Source: an uncultured Verrucomicrobiota bacterium (GTDB taxonomy: Bacteria > Verrucomicrobiota > Kiritimatiellia > Kiritimatiellales > Pontiellaceae). From it: 64,000 nt of DNA. Below are positions 1 to 17,259 of this stretch, piece by piece. Numbering within the stretch: the stretch's first letter is position 1; each line of letters opens with the position of its first letter. The DNA lies in assembly GCA_964486885.1 (NCBI GenBank), contig CAZAPF010000009.1:43308-107307 (forward strand), in the 5' to 3' direction. Under the pieces are notes generated by a model. The model was not told where the DNA came from. It did not search any database and saw nothing but the letters and a program-made list of their open reading frames with translations. The position numbers and the translations under genes were made by a program.

Positions 1-120
1 AATGGGGCCTGCAACGCGGGCGCCAGTGCGACGTGCCGTTTCGACAATTTCAGAAGCTGAAACGTCGAGCACACGGTGGTCGAACGATTTCAATCTGATT
101 CTGATTCGTTGATTCGTCAT
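1..120 (-). CDS. rpsJ: 30S ribosomal protein S10, N-terminal part (gene continues past the window edge)
   Basis: Reverse-complement translation from the ATG at 120-118 gives [40 protein letters not shown], the canonical S10 N-terminus. It lies directly downstream of fusA. It is missing from the ORF track because it is partial. Confidence 0.85.
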   Translation of the reverse strand, partial: MTNQRIRIRLKSFDHRVLDVSASEIVETARRTGARVAGPI

Positions 121-132
121 AATTATCTCACT

Positions 133-2265
133 TTAACGGTTGAGGATAGAATCCGTCATAGTCGCAGGAACCGGTTCAAACGCTTGCGGTTCCATCGAAT
201 AGCTCGCTCTACCCTTTGATAAGGAACGCAACGACGTTGCGTATCCAAAAACTTCAGCAAGCGGAACATCCGCCTGCACAACTTGAAGATCATTTGTCGC
301 CTTGATTTCGCGGACCCGGCCGCGACGGCTGTTAAGGTCGCCCATCACATCACCCAGATGGGCTTCAGGGGACTCAATTTCCAGCAGCATAATCGGTTCC
401 AGCAGAACCGGACCGGAATTGGATGCCGCGTCGCGCAGTGCCATAACAGCAGCGGAGCGGAATGCCATTTCAGAAGATTCCGTAGCATGGGCCTGACCAC
501 CAACCACCGTAACTTCAGTGTCGATGATGGCAAAGTTACCGAGCACACCGGTCAGCAGCGCATCGGCGATGCCTTCTTCAATGCCCTTGCGGAATTCGTT
601 GGGAACAATGTTGGCGGAAACGTCGAATTCAATCTTGTTTCCTGTACCTGCAGATCTTGGTTTAACCTGTAGCGTCAGCGCGGCAAAATGGCTTTCGCCA
701 CCGATTTCGCGCTCGAAAGTAAAGTTGCCGGATCCCGTTTTCGAAACGCTTTCGCGGTAAGCAACCATCGGCTTGCCGGCGTTGGCCTGCACTTTGTATT
801 CACGCAGAATACGGTCTCGGATGATTTCGAGGTGAAGCTCGCCCATACCCTGAATAATGGTCTGACCGGTTTCTTCATTAATGCTGGTGATAAACGTCGG
901 ATCTTCGTCCGAAAGATCTCTCAGCGCATCAACCAGCGAATCCTTATCCGCAGTGCTCTTCGGCTCGATCGCCATCGAGATAACCGGCTCCGGGAATTCA
1001 ATATTTTCCAGAACGATCGGGTCATTTTCCATGCACACCGTATCGCCGGTGGTAAAGAGCTTCTGCCCCACCATGCCGCCGATTTCGCCGGCATACAGCA
1101 CATCCACATCTTCGCGATGGTTGGCGTGCAGGCGAAGCAGACGACCAATGCGCTCACGCTTACGGGTGCGGGGGTTAAAAATGTTCTGCCCTTTTTTCAG
1201 CTGTCCGGCATAGACACGTACAAAGGCCAGCTTGCCGACAAACTTATCGCTCGCCATCTTAAAGACGAGGCCGGTCAACGGTTCAAAATCAGATGTTTCA
1301 CGGATGATTTCCGCTTCGCTCTTAGGATTGATCCCGCTCACGGCATCAATATCAATCGGGGAAGGAAGATAAGACACAACGGCATCCAGCAGTGGCTGAA
1401 CCCCTTTGTTTTTCAGCGAAGAACCAACCAACACCGGTACGATCTCATTCGCAATGGTTGCACGGCGCAACGCATCAACCAGCGCCTGCTCGGAAACATC
1501 GGAGTTTTCCATGTAGGCTTCGAGCAGCTCTTCATCAACCTCAGCCACTTTTTCGATCAGCGTTGCGCGGGCTTCTTCCGCTTCGGCAGCCAGATCAGCA
1601 GGAATATCGATGTATTCAACCTTCGAACCCATGTCCTCTTCGGAGAAGGTGACGGCTTTCATTTTAATCAGATCAACCAACCCATTAAAGGTTTCGGATG
1701 CACCGATCGGGAGTTGGATTGCAAAAGCAGGAGCACCGAGCTTGGTCTGAATTTCAGACAGCACTTTATCAAAGTCTGCTCCCATGCGATCCATCTTGTT
1801 GACGAATGCAATGCGGGGAACATTGTATTTCTTGGCTTGGCGCCAAACCGTCTCGGACTGCGGCTGAACACCGCCTACTGCACAGAAAACGCCCACTGCG
1901 CCATCAAGGACTCGGAGTGAGCGTTCAACTTCCACGGTGAAATCAACGTGGCCGGGAGTGTCGATAATATTGATTTGATGATTATGCCAGAAACAGGTGG
2001 TTGCCGCGGAGGTAATCGTGATACCGCGCTCCTGCTCCTGAATCATCCAGTCCATCGTGGCTGTGCCATCATGCACTTCGCCGATTTTGTGGACTTTCCC
2101 GCTGTAATAGAGAATACGTTCGGAAGTCGTGGTCTTGCCCGCATCAATGTGGGCCACAATGCCAATATTGCGAACAGAGTTCAACGCATGCGCACGACCG
2201 TCAGCTTCCCGTTTGGGAGCTGCGCCCTTCGCTGCTTTGTCATTCTGCTGTTTCACCATTGTCAT
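133..2265 (-). CDS. fusA: Elongation factor G
   Basis: 710 aa with the G1 motif [17 protein letters not shown] and NKMD, and EF-G domains throughout. Context is rpsL-rpsG-fusA. It has a basic N-terminal extension of about 20 aa. Confidence 0.97.
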   Translation of the reverse strand: MTMVKQQNDKAAKGAAPKREADGRAHALNSVRNIGIVAHIDAGKTTTSERILYYSGKVHKIGEVHDGTATMDWMIQEQERGITITSAATTCFWHNHQINIIDTPGHVDFTVEVERSLRVLDGAVGVFCAVGGVQPQSETVWRQAKKYNVPRIAFVNKMDRMGADFDKVLSEIQTKLGAPAFAIQLPIGASETFNGLVDLIKMKAVTFSEEDMGSKVEYIDIPADLAAEAEEARATLIEKVAEVDEELLEAYMENSDVSEQALVDALRRATIANEIVPVLVGSSLKNKGVQPLLDAVVSYLPSPIDIDAVSGINPKSEAEIIRETSDFEPLTGLVFKMASDKFVGKLAFVRVYAGQLKKGQNIFNPRTRKRERIGRLLRLHANHREDVDVLYAGEIGGMVGQKLFTTGDTVCMENDPIVLENIEFPEPVISMAIEPKSTADKDSLVDALRDLSDEDPTFITSINEETGQTIIQGMGELHLEIIRDRILREYKVQANAGKPMVAYRESVSKTGSGNFTFEREIGGESHFAALTLQVKPRSAGTGNKIEFDVSANIVPNEFRKGIEEGIADALLTGVLGNFAIIDTEVTVVGGQAHATESSEMAFRSAAVMALRDAASNSGPVLLEPIMLLEIESPEAHLGDVMGDLNSRRGRVREIKATNDLQVVQADVPLAEVFGYATSLRSLSKGRASYSMEPQAFEPVPATMTDSILNR

Positions 2266-2368
2266 TTCTTTTTATCCGACAACGGAAGCTTCCAGTAACT
2301 GGAAGCTTCCTTTCCATCGGCGACCCCCATCCGTTGGGGATTTCCTATATAACCACCACTAGGGTTTC

Positions 2369-2842
2369 TTACCAGCGGTAGTGAGCAAAGGCCTTATTGG
2401 CCTGCGCCATCTTATGCGTGTCGTCACGCTTTTTGATGGCAGCGCCCTGTCCGCGGAACGCGTCGATCACTTCATTCGCCAGTGCTTTACGCATCGGCAC
2501 ACCCTTACGGTTTCCTGCATAAGAGATCAACCAGCGTGTTGCGAGTGCAATCTGACGCTTAGGTTTAACTTCCAGCGGAACCTGATAGGTAGCACCACCC
2601 ACACGGCGGGACTTAACTTCCAAACGAGGGGATACGTTTTCAACCGCAGTGGTGAATACATGTACCGGATCTTCGTCTTTCAGCTGGCTCTGGATATCTT
2701 CCAGGGCACCATATACAATTTTAGCTGCAACCGATTTCTTACCGCGTTCCATTACGCAGTTGATCATGTACGCAACCATCTGGTTGTTGTACCGGGGATC
2801 CGGAATCAGTTCGCGTTTTTCGGCTCTACGTCTTCTTGCCAT
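2369..2842 (-). CDS. rpsG: 30S ribosomal protein S7
   Basis: 157 aa starting MARRRRAEKRE...PDPRY, typical S7, in str operon order. Confidence 0.97.
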   Translation of the reverse strand: MARRRRAEKRELIPDPRYNNQMVAYMINCVMERGKKSVAAKIVYGALEDIQSQLKDEDPVHVFTTAVENVSPRLEVKSRRVGGATYQVPLEVKPKRQIALATRWLISYAGNRKGVPMRKALANEVIDAFRGQGAAIKKRDDTHKMAQANKAFAHYRW

Positions 2843-2855
2843 AGCTCAAATATCC

Positions 2856-3227
2856 TTATTTCGGGCGCTTCGCACCATACTTAGAACGACCACGCTTACG
2901 GCCGTCGACACCCAGGCAATCCAAGGCACCACGAACGATGTGGTAGCGAACACCCGGCAAGTCCTTCACACGACCGCCACGAACCAGAACCATGCTATGT
3001 TCCTGCAGGTTGTGGCCTTCACCACCGATGTATGCGTTAACTTCACGACCGTTCGTCAGGCGAACACGTGCAACTTTACGCAAAGCCGAGTTCGGCTTCT
3101 TCGGCGTCTGTGTTTTTACAAGCAGACAAACTCCCCGGCGCTGCGGGCAGGTCGTCAGTGCAGGAGACTTGCTCTTCTTGCGAGCCACTCCACGCGGTTT
3201 TCTTACTAATTGATTGATTGTAGGCAT
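2856..3227 (-). CDS. rpsL: 30S ribosomal protein S12
   Basis: 123 aa starting [12 protein letters not shown], with [10 protein letters not shown], canonical S12. Confidence 0.97.
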   Translation of the reverse strand: MPTINQLVRKPRGVARKKSKSPALTTCPQRRGVCLLVKTQTPKKPNSALRKVARVRLTNGREVNAYIGGEGHNLQEHSMVLVRGGRVKDLPGVRYHIVRGALDCLGVDGRKRGRSKYGAKRPK

Positions 3228-3240
3228 ATCGTTTTCCTTT

Positions 3241-3368
3241 ATTGCCGACTTCCGATTTTTGATTTCCGATTTATGGAACTCACTCGGCGTTGGCCTTCAT
3301 TACTTAAAGCCGTCGCAGACCCACAATTCGTCAGTCTAAAATCAAAATTCAAAATTCCGCTGCCTAAG
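3241..3368. repeat. REP-like element in the rpsL upstream region: two inverted AT-rich heptad arms around a spacer containing the 18-mer GCCGTCGCAGACCCACAA
   Basis: The left arm at 3241-3273 (ATTGCCGACTTCCGATTTTTGATTTCCGATTTA) is roughly the reverse complement of the right arm at 3336-3368 (CTAAAATCAAAATTCAAAATTCCGCTGCCTAAG). The 18-mer at 3309-3326 recurs exactly at 42407-42424. Confidence 0.5.
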
Positions 3369-3628
3369 CAGTAAAATTCCTTCCTAAAAAAGACAAGCGA
3401 CGGACAATAGAGATCCGGCGCACACTCTTCAAGCGAAACATTTAACTTATTTCGCTTTTTTCAACACTCCCCCGCGCGATCAAAATCGCCAGCCACTTCG
3501 ATATGAGAAAGGCGCAAAAGCATCTGTAGATTAATCAGTTGCAAAAATATGCGCCCTTCCGCAATTCACAAATCAACGCGAAAGGACGAGCACAATAGAG
3601 AAACTGACGGCAGATACCAGAAAAATCT

Positions 3629-4474
3629 TTAATGATTCGGCGGTATTTGGTCGTTTTTACCGCTTTCCCAAGCCTGAATCGCTTTTTTTCGGGCAATGCC
3701 CCAGTGATAACCCCCAACCGCTCCGGTTTCACGAATCACACGGTGGCATGGAATCAGGTAGGCAATGGGATTATTTCCAACGGCGGTTCCGACGGCTCGG
3801 GAGGCTTTCGGATTTCCGATAAATTCAGCTAAATGACCATAACTGATCAGCTTCCCTACCGGAATCCGGAGCAATGCCTGCCAAACCTGAACCTGGAATG
3901 CAGTTCCCCGAACATAAGCCTTTAGGGGCATACTTGAACGAATATCAGGATTGAAGATGACCTCCCCCATCTCCCGTGCTCGCTTATCATCCCGCTCCAA
4001 TTCGGCATTCGGCCAATTATCCCTAAGGCTCTGCCATGCTGCGGACATTTCATCAGGCTCAATAAACGACAATTCACATAAGCCGTGCGGATTTTCGGCC
4101 AGAAGAGCACTTCCAAACGGCGTATTCGTGTAACCCGCGGAAACAGTCCACCCCTCACCCCCGGATTTTATCTCTCCCGGCGTAGCGGCCTGAAGACTGA
4201 TACATAGGTCGTGCAATCGGCCGGGACCGGACAGTCCGGCATCCAACGACGCATCAAGCACCGCATTTCCCGCCAGCAAACTTTCCCTCGCATACTCCAG
4301 CGTTAAACACTGCAGAAAATCCTTCGGCGTAATACCGGCCCAGGACGAAAACAGTCGATGAAAGTGAGATGGGCTCAGACCGATATGATTTGCCAATGCA
4401 GCCAAATCGGGTTGCTCCTGCTGATGTTCGTCCAGATAACGAATCACCTCAGCTATGCGGTCATAATCACTCAT
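3629..4474 (-). CDS. Ada-like protein: AraC-type HTH fused to methylated-DNA-protein-cysteine methyltransferase (MGMT/Ogt)
   Basis: 281 aa. The N-terminus (LANHIGLSPSHFHRLFSSWAGITPKDF) is AraC-HTH-like. The C-terminus carries the MGMT active-site motif IPCHRVI plus the YHWG context. Confidence 0.8.
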   Translation of the reverse strand: MSDYDRIAEVIRYLDEHQQEQPDLAALANHIGLSPSHFHRLFSSWAGITPKDFLQCLTLEYARESLLAGNAVLDASLDAGLSGPGRLHDLCISLQAATPGEIKSGGEGWTVSAGYTNTPFGSALLAENPHGLCELSFIEPDEMSAAWQSLRDNWPNAELERDDKRAREMGEVIFNPDIRSSMPLKAYVRGTAFQVQVWQALLRIPVGKLISYGHLAEFIGNPKASRAVGTAVGNNPIAYLIPCHRVIRETGAVGGYHWGIARKKAIQAWESGKNDQIPPNH

Positions 4475-4588
4475 AGGAGCAATATGCCATGCTCCATTCT
4501 TTCAACCCACCCGATTCTTGCTGCCAATCCAATCCACGGATTGCACAGATTAAATGTATGCGACTCTTCGTTGTCCTCCTTGACAGGA

Positions 4589-6130
4589 CTACGTGGTCTG
4601 AGTCTTGCGGGATGCTTCCCACTGAGCTGGTGTCCAACGGACAGCTTCGGATTGATTCATGGTCGGCAAAGCCTCAAGGACTTCACGAAGATAGTCGGCG
4701 GGATTGATATCAAGTTTGCGGCAAGTTTCGATGAGGCTGTAAATGACGGCACTGGTCTGGCCGGAGTCAGGGCTGCCGAAGAAGAGAAAGTTCTTTTTGC
4801 CGATGGCCGTGGGACGGATGGCGTTCTCGACGAGGTTGTTGTCGATCTCGAGCCGTCCATGCTCGAGGTAAAGGTTGAGTGCATCCCAGCGTTCGAGGGT
4901 GTAGTGGATCGCTTTGCCAAAGTTGCTTTGCGGCAGCTGTCGGGACCGCTCGGTTTCGAGGATGGATTTTATCCTTTCCAGAACAGGGGCTGAGTGCTCC
5001 CGTCGGTAAGCGGTTCGGTCGACTTCGGGGTTGTCACGTAGTTTGCTTTCAACCCGGTAAAGCTTAGCGATGCGTTTCACGATATCTTCAGCGGTCGGGT
5101 TGCCCGGAACTTCTTTAAATTTGCGGCGGGCATGCGCCCAGCAGGCAGCATGGATGATGGCTGCTTTTTCTTCGGCATGCTTTTTGTCGTTAAGCCAGGC
5201 GGGGTACGCGCCGTAGCCGTCCGTCTGCAGCAGTCCGGCGTAGTCGGGCAGCATGGTGTCGAGACAGGTTGCGGCACGGCTGGCATGCCATTCAAAGAGC
5301 ACGCCTTTGCCTGGCGAATGATAGGCCCATAGGTATCCGTTAGGACAATGGTCCTTTTTCGGATCCTGATAGCGTATGAATGTTTCGTCGGCCTGAATGT
5401 ATCCGCTCGCGCGGATTTCATTTCGAAGCGCCTCATAAATAAGCGACAACCATTGGGCAACGAGATACATCCAGCCTCCCATGGTTTTGCGGCTGATTTC
5501 AACGCCGAAGCATTGCTTGAAGATTTGTTCCTGACGATAAAGCGGAAGGTGGTCGCAGTATTTGCTAAGAATGATATGGAGAACCAATCCGACGGAAGCA
5601 TAGGAGTTTTCGATCAGCTGCTTTGGAGCGGGTGCGATCAGCGGGGCAACGGAGCGATCGGCGCGTTTCTTGTATTTATTGCGAATAGTGATGGTCTGGA
5701 AGAAGCGTGTCGGAGTGACATCGAGTCTAACCGTGCGCACTTCGCCGATCTTTTTATACAGCTCCGGATTGGCCAGAACTTCATCCGGATCAATGATAAC
5801 GGTTTCGGTCGGGAGGTCCTTGGGGACGCGCGCATCGAGCCCCTTGCGTTTTCCGCGCTTTGATTCTTTCTGCTCCTCTTCGGCCAGTTCGGCTTTCGTT
5901 TCGGCCAGCTCCAAAGCTTCCTGCAACTCGCGCAGTTCCTCGAGTTCGAGCATGAGCTGATCCGGGCTCAGCTTTTCTGAACTCCGACCAAACAGCTTTT
6001 TCATTAGGCACTGAACCTTTTCCTGAAGAAGTTTGATCTCTGCCTTCTGATTCGCATTTTCGGCGAGTAGCTGATCAAAATTTTCCCGTGAAAAAACCAT
6101 GCGGCATATTATACCAAAACCGCTCCGCAA
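4589..6130 (-). CDS. tnpC: IS66-family transposase (TnpC, DDE)
   Basis: 513 aa with an N-terminal coiled coil plus KLFGRSSEK, then the motifs LPLYRQ and DETxxxV..., typical of IS66 transposases. The true start may be the internal Met at about 6100. Confidence 0.9.
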   Translation of the reverse strand: MRSGFGIICRMVFSRENFDQLLAENANQKAEIKLLQEKVQCLMKKLFGRSSEKLSPDQLMLELEELRELQEALELAETKAELAEEEQKESKRGKRKGLDARVPKDLPTETVIIDPDEVLANPELYKKIGEVRTVRLDVTPTRFFQTITIRNKYKKRADRSVAPLIAPAPKQLIENSYASVGLVLHIILSKYCDHLPLYRQEQIFKQCFGVEISRKTMGGWMYLVAQWLSLIYEALRNEIRASGYIQADETFIRYQDPKKDHCPNGYLWAYHSPGKGVLFEWHASRAATCLDTMLPDYAGLLQTDGYGAYPAWLNDKKHAEEKAAIIHAACWAHARRKFKEVPGNPTAEDIVKRIAKLYRVESKLRDNPEVDRTAYRREHSAPVLERIKSILETERSRQLPQSNFGKAIHYTLERWDALNLYLEHGRLEIDNNLVENAIRPTAIGKKNFLFFGSPDSGQTSAVIYSLIETCRKLDINPADYLREVLEALPTMNQSEAVRWTPAQWEASRKTQTT

Positions 6131-6166
6131 AACGCGGCATCAAGAGCTGGAAAAATGCAAAAAAAA

Positions 6167-6514
6167 TCAGCGCTGATACCACGGCTTGAACGATCCCTGC
6201 TTCAGATCAACTCCATCGAGCAACAATGCCAACGCCTCCGGGGCCAGCTCCAGCTTTTCATTTTCAGCCACGCCCTTCGGCCAAGTGAAGCAACCCTGCT
6301 CCAGCCGCTTGATCGCCACCCACATTCCGGTGCCGTCCCAGTATAATGTTTTGATCCGGTTCCGTCGTCGATTCGTAAATACATACAGCGCCCCTGAACA
6401 CGGATCCTCCTTTAAGCGATCAAGCACGATACCGTGAAGACCATTAAAGCTTTTACGCAAATCCACCGGTTCCACCGCCAGAAACACCCGGATCGAATTA
6501 TTCAATCCAAACAT
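6167..6514 (-). CDS. tnpB: IS66 accessory protein TnpB (Orf2)
   Basis: 115 aa. The run IRVFLAVEPVDLRKSFNGLHGIV...LYVFTNRRRNRIKTLYWDGTGMWV is the conserved IS66 Orf2 signature. Confidence 0.9.
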   Translation of the reverse strand: MFGLNNSIRVFLAVEPVDLRKSFNGLHGIVLDRLKEDPCSGALYVFTNRRRNRIKTLYWDGTGMWVAIKRLEQGCFTWPKGVAENEKLELAPEALALLLDGVDLKQGSFKPWYQR

Positions 6515-6837
6515 CCGGCAGCCTCCCGCAGAAGGCTTCCGAGTTTTTCCAGAGAAGGAACCGGCACCACAACCTCAACCTGGTTCGGCAGGCGAATGAG
6601 CACCTCATCAGCCAGAACCGCTTCACCGCTAAGCACTACCTCGCAAAAAGACACCTCATTATCTTTCCGCTCGATTCGCAGCCATCTGGCCAGCGTTTTG
6701 GAATTGAGATTCCATTCCCGACAGAACGCTGCCTGCGTCAAACCTGACGTTTTAAATTCCTCGATCAACTCCCGGCGTTCTTCATCCGTATACGAAGCCC
6801 GCCCCGTCCCATTGTTTTCATTCGTATCCATGCCCAA
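6502..6837 (-). CDS. tnpA: IS66 accessory protein TnpA (Orf1, HTH)
   Basis: 111 aa. It overlaps the tnpB start by 13 nt, as is usual for IS66, and contains SGLTQAAFCREWNLNSKTLARW, an HTH-like segment. Confidence 0.8.
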   Translation of the reverse strand: MGMDTNENNGTGRASYTDEERRELIEEFKTSGLTQAAFCREWNLNSKTLARWLRIERKDNEVSFCEVVLSGEAVLADEVLIRLPNQVEVVVPVPSLEKLGSLLREAAGCLD

Positions 6838-6951
6838 TAAATTATCAGGCTTTATCCGAGTTGCCTACGAGGTCGCGGAAGAGGCCTTTACGATTAAATG
6901 GATTATCTATTCATAAAATCATCGGTGTAATCAACGAAATCTATGGATAAT

Positions 6952-6985
6952 AAAAAAGCGCCCCGGCTGGGACGCTTTTTCCAGT
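6952..6985 (-). terminator. Rho-independent terminator downstream of rpoC
   Basis: The minus strand reads AGCGTCCC-AGCC-GGGGCGCT followed by TTTTTT, 18-50 nt after the rpoC stop. Confidence 0.8.
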
Positions 6986-7002
6986 AGTTGACGAATCAAC
7001 CG

Positions 7003-11190
<4,188 letters not shown>

Positions 11191-11233
11191 GGGTGTTCCT
11201 CCTGCAGTCTAAATATGGTCGATGAGAAGTGGA

Positions 11234-15001
<3,768 letters not shown>

Positions 15002-15037
15002 CCCGCACCTTCAGGTTGTCTTAATATTGGATAACAC

Positions 15038-15093
15038 TTGTTCCCCTTTGAGTTTCAAAGGGGAACAATCTACGTGCCACCGAATGGTGGCAC
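15038..15093 (-). promoter_or_regulatory. Two strong hairpins in the rplL-rpoB intergenic region (candidate attenuator or RNase III processing site)
   Basis: 15038-15068 is a perfect 14-bp stem, TTGTTCCCCTTTGA-GTT-TCAAAGGGGAACAA. 15074-15093 is GTGCCACC-GAAT-GGTGGCAC. No U-tract follows either hairpin on the minus strand. Confidence 0.55.
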
Positions 15094-15122
15094 AATCTGT
15101 ATAAGTTAAGTAAACCGGAGGC

Positions 15123-15536
15123 TTACTTAACGTCTACGGTAGCTCCAACACCTTCGAGCTTTTCTTTCATGGCGTCAGCGTCTTCCTTGGAAAGACCGGC
15201 CTTAACGCTGGTAGGAGCGCCATCAACCAATTCCTTGGCTTCCTTCAGACCCAGACCAGTCAGACCGCGGAGCTCTTTGATCACCTGGATCTTAGATCCG
15301 CCAGCAGCGGTCAGAACAACTTCGAATTCAGTCTGTGCAGCAGCACCGCCTTCATCTCCACCACCAGCAGGAGCTGCAACAGCTACAGCAGCGGGAGCGG
15401 CTGCGGTTACGCCCAGACGGTCTTCGAGAGCCGTAACGAGCTGTGAGAGTTCGAGAACCGAGATGGTTTCAACCCAATCAACGAATTCTGCCATTTTACC
15501 TTCGAGTACTACTTCATCTTTTACTTCTTCGGACAT
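15123..15536 (-). CDS. rplL: 50S ribosomal protein L7/L12
   Basis: 137 aa with an Ala/Gly-rich hinge and a C-terminal [11 protein letters not shown]...K domain. Confidence 0.96.
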   Translation of the reverse strand: MSEEVKDEVVLEGKMAEFVDWVETISVLELSQLVTALEDRLGVTAAAPAAVAVAAPAGGGDEGGAAAQTEFEVVLTAAGGSKIQVIKELRGLTGLGLKEAKELVDGAPTSVKAGLSKEDADAMKEKLEGVGATVDVK

Positions 15537-15575
15537 TTTGTGCCTCCTTGAACTGCTATCTGATTCAAATTAAAT

Positions 15576-16106
15576 TTATGCTTCTTGTTCTTTTTTGTCT
15601 TTTACCGCACTCAGTACGTATACCAAACTTGCGACCTTCTGATCCAAAACGCCGACCAGCTGACTGCATGGTGCCTGGAGCGTTCCAAGCAACATGGCGC
15701 GCAATACATCCTTGGAAGGAAGCTTGGCTAACTCAACCACATCTGCAGCGGAGACAGCTTTGCCTTCAACAAAGCCGCCCTTCACTACGGGCTTTTGATT
15801 TGCTGCGGTAAATTTCTTAATAACCTTTGCAACTTCAACTACGTCACCATCACCATAGATCATTGCAGTCTGCCCTTTCAGCAGTGCTGCAGCATCTTCC
15901 GGAAGCGCACGGTTGAGCATGCGGTTTTTAACAACGTTGTAAGATGCACCGTTTTCCCGGAGTGAGTTTTTCAACTCAGTCGTTGTAGGCATGTCCATAC
16001 CGTCATAGTCGGCGAGGATCATGTACAACGCACCGGAAACGCGCTCCGTGATTTCGTTGGCTTCTGCAATCTTTTCTGGTCTCAGACCTTTTTCTTCAGG
16101 CTTCAT
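15576..16106 (-). CDS. rplJ: 50S ribosomal protein L10
   Basis: 176 aa, positioned between rplA and rplL, L10-like sequence. Confidence 0.93.
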   Translation of the reverse strand: MKPEEKGLRPEKIAEANEITERVSGALYMILADYDGMDMPTTTELKNSLRENGASYNVVKNRMLNRALPEDAAALLKGQTAMIYGDGDVVEVAKVIKKFTAANQKPVVKGGFVEGKAVSAADVVELAKLPSKDVLRAMLLGTLQAPCSQLVGVLDQKVASLVYVLSAVKDKKEQEA

Positions 16107-16115
16107 AATAAATAC

Positions 16116-16820
16116 CTACCCTTCCTTTGAGGAAAGTTCCTTTAGAGCAACCCGTAGCCCAGGACCCATGGTACTGGAGATGGAGCAACGCTTAATATAG
16201 GTGCCTTTGGCACTGGAAGGTCGTGCACCATTGATCGCATCAACGACTGCCTTAGCATTTTCCAGCAATGCGGTCTTTTCGAATGAACGCTTACCAAAAG
16301 GAACCGCAATATTACCGTTACGATCCATACGAAATTCAACGCGACCAGCTTTGAGCTGATTAACCGCAGCAGCGGTGTCATCTGTAACCGTTCCCGTTTT
16401 CGGGTTAGGCATCAGACCACGCGGACCGAGTACACGGGCAACTTTACGCACTTCTTTCATCGCGTCCGGAGTTGCAACGGCGGCATCAAAATCGGTCCAA
16501 CCATCCTGTACTTTCTTGATCAGGTCATCGAATCCCACTTCAGCAGCACCGGCTTCGCGGGCAGCTTCGGCGGCATCGCCCGTAGCAAAAACGATCACAC
16601 GAACGTCTTTACCTGTTCCGTGCGGCAACGCAACGGTGGAACGAATTGCCTGATCCGACTTAGAAGGATCAACTCCCATGCGGAAGGCAAACTCCAACGT
16701 TTCGTCGAATTTTGCTGTTGGATTTTCCTGTAGGAAACCGATAGCGCCATCAACGCTGTAATCCGTTTCCTTATTCACTTTTTCAGCAACACTGCTGTAT
16801 TTTTTACCGTGTGTAGCCAT
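16116..16820 (-). CDS. rplA: 50S ribosomal protein L1
   Basis: 234 aa with MATHGKKY...LPHGTGK, typical L1. The start overlaps the rplK stop (TAATG). Confidence 0.96.
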   Translation of the reverse strand: MATHGKKYSSVAEKVNKETDYSVDGAIGFLQENPTAKFDETLEFAFRMGVDPSKSDQAIRSTVALPHGTGKDVRVIVFATGDAAEAAREAGAAEVGFDDLIKKVQDGWTDFDAAVATPDAMKEVRKVARVLGPRGLMPNPKTGTVTDDTAAAVNQLKAGRVEFRMDRNGNIAVPFGKRSFEKTALLENAKAVVDAINGARPSSAKGTYIKRCSISSTMGPGLRVALKELSSKEG

Positions 16821-17242
16821 TATTCCACCTCGATTCCCATGCTGCGGGCTGTGCCCTCAATAATGCGTACTGCGGCATCGAGATCGTTTGCGTTGAGGTC
16901 AGCTTTCTTGACTTCAACAATCTCTTCGATCTGCGCGCGGGTTACTTTGCCAACCTTGTCGCGGTTCGGAACTCCGGAACCTTTAGCAAGGCCGGCTGCC
17001 TTTTTAAGCAGTACCGCTGCGGGCGGGCTTTTCGTTATAAACGAAAAGCTGCGATCGGTATATACGGTGATAACCACCGGAATAACCAGACCAGCCTGGC
17101 TCTGCGTTGCGGCGTTATACGCCTTGCAGAACTCCATAATGTTAACGCCGTGCTGACCCAACGCGGGTCCGACAGGCGGCGCAGGGTTTGCTTGCCCTGC
17201 CGGGATCTGCAACTTGATATACCCTGAAATTTCCTTAGCCAT
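16820..17242 (-). CDS. rplK: 50S ribosomal protein L11
   Basis: 140 aa with [32 protein letters not shown], canonical L11. Confidence 0.97.
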   Translation of the reverse strand: MAKEISGYIKLQIPAGQANPAPPVGPALGQHGVNIMEFCKAYNAATQSQAGLVIPVVITVYTDRSFSFITKSPPAAVLLKKAAGLAKGSGVPNRDKVGKVTRAQIEEIVEVKKADLNANDLDAAVRIIEGTARSMGIEVE

Positions 17243-17259
17243 AACAATCCTCTAAATCT

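Larger units (their letters stand above)
4556..6891 (-). mobile_element. Complete IS66-family insertion sequence (tnpA-tnpB-tnpC), 2336 bp, flanked by an 8-bp direct target duplication GATTAAAT
   Basis: Three ORFs are in the IS66 order. The imperfect terminal inverted repeats are GTATGCGACTCTTCG... at 4556 and the reverse complement of the 6891 end, GTAAAGGCCTCTTCC... (19 of 31 positions match by hand alignment). GATTAAAT occurs at 4548-4555 and again at 6892-6899, immediately outside both ends. Confidence 0.88.

Noticed and set aside
688-1920. Long ORFs antisense to obvious housekeeping genes. Examples: 688..1920 (+) opposite fusA; 6988..8751, 8830..9699 and 10243..10722 opposite rpoC; 12128..12895 and 13136..14032 opposite rpoB; 18455..19357 opposite tuf; 26761..28152 and 29155..30102 opposite metH; 30336..31259; 33801..34463; 35268..36008; 38010..38636; 39336..40118; 49536..50399; 50457..51134; 58049..59230.
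   Set aside because: Each lies entirely within a strongly supported gene on the other strand. Each also has the low-complexity, R/G/H/F-rich composition typical of shadow frames. None shows a recognisable motif.
3440-3472. The hairpin AGCGAAA-(11 nt)-TTTCGCT followed by TTTTTT on the plus strand, in the rpsL / Ada-like intergenic region.
   Set aside because: The T-run is on the plus strand, where there is no upstream gene. On the minus strand, downstream of the Ada-like gene, the stem is not followed by a U-tract. I therefore cannot call it a terminator.
4358-4993. The 211-aa plus-strand ORF spanning the Ada-like gene start, the IS66 left end and the tnpC 3' end.
   Set aside because: It crosses the IS boundary and is antisense to two well-supported genes, so it is an artefact.
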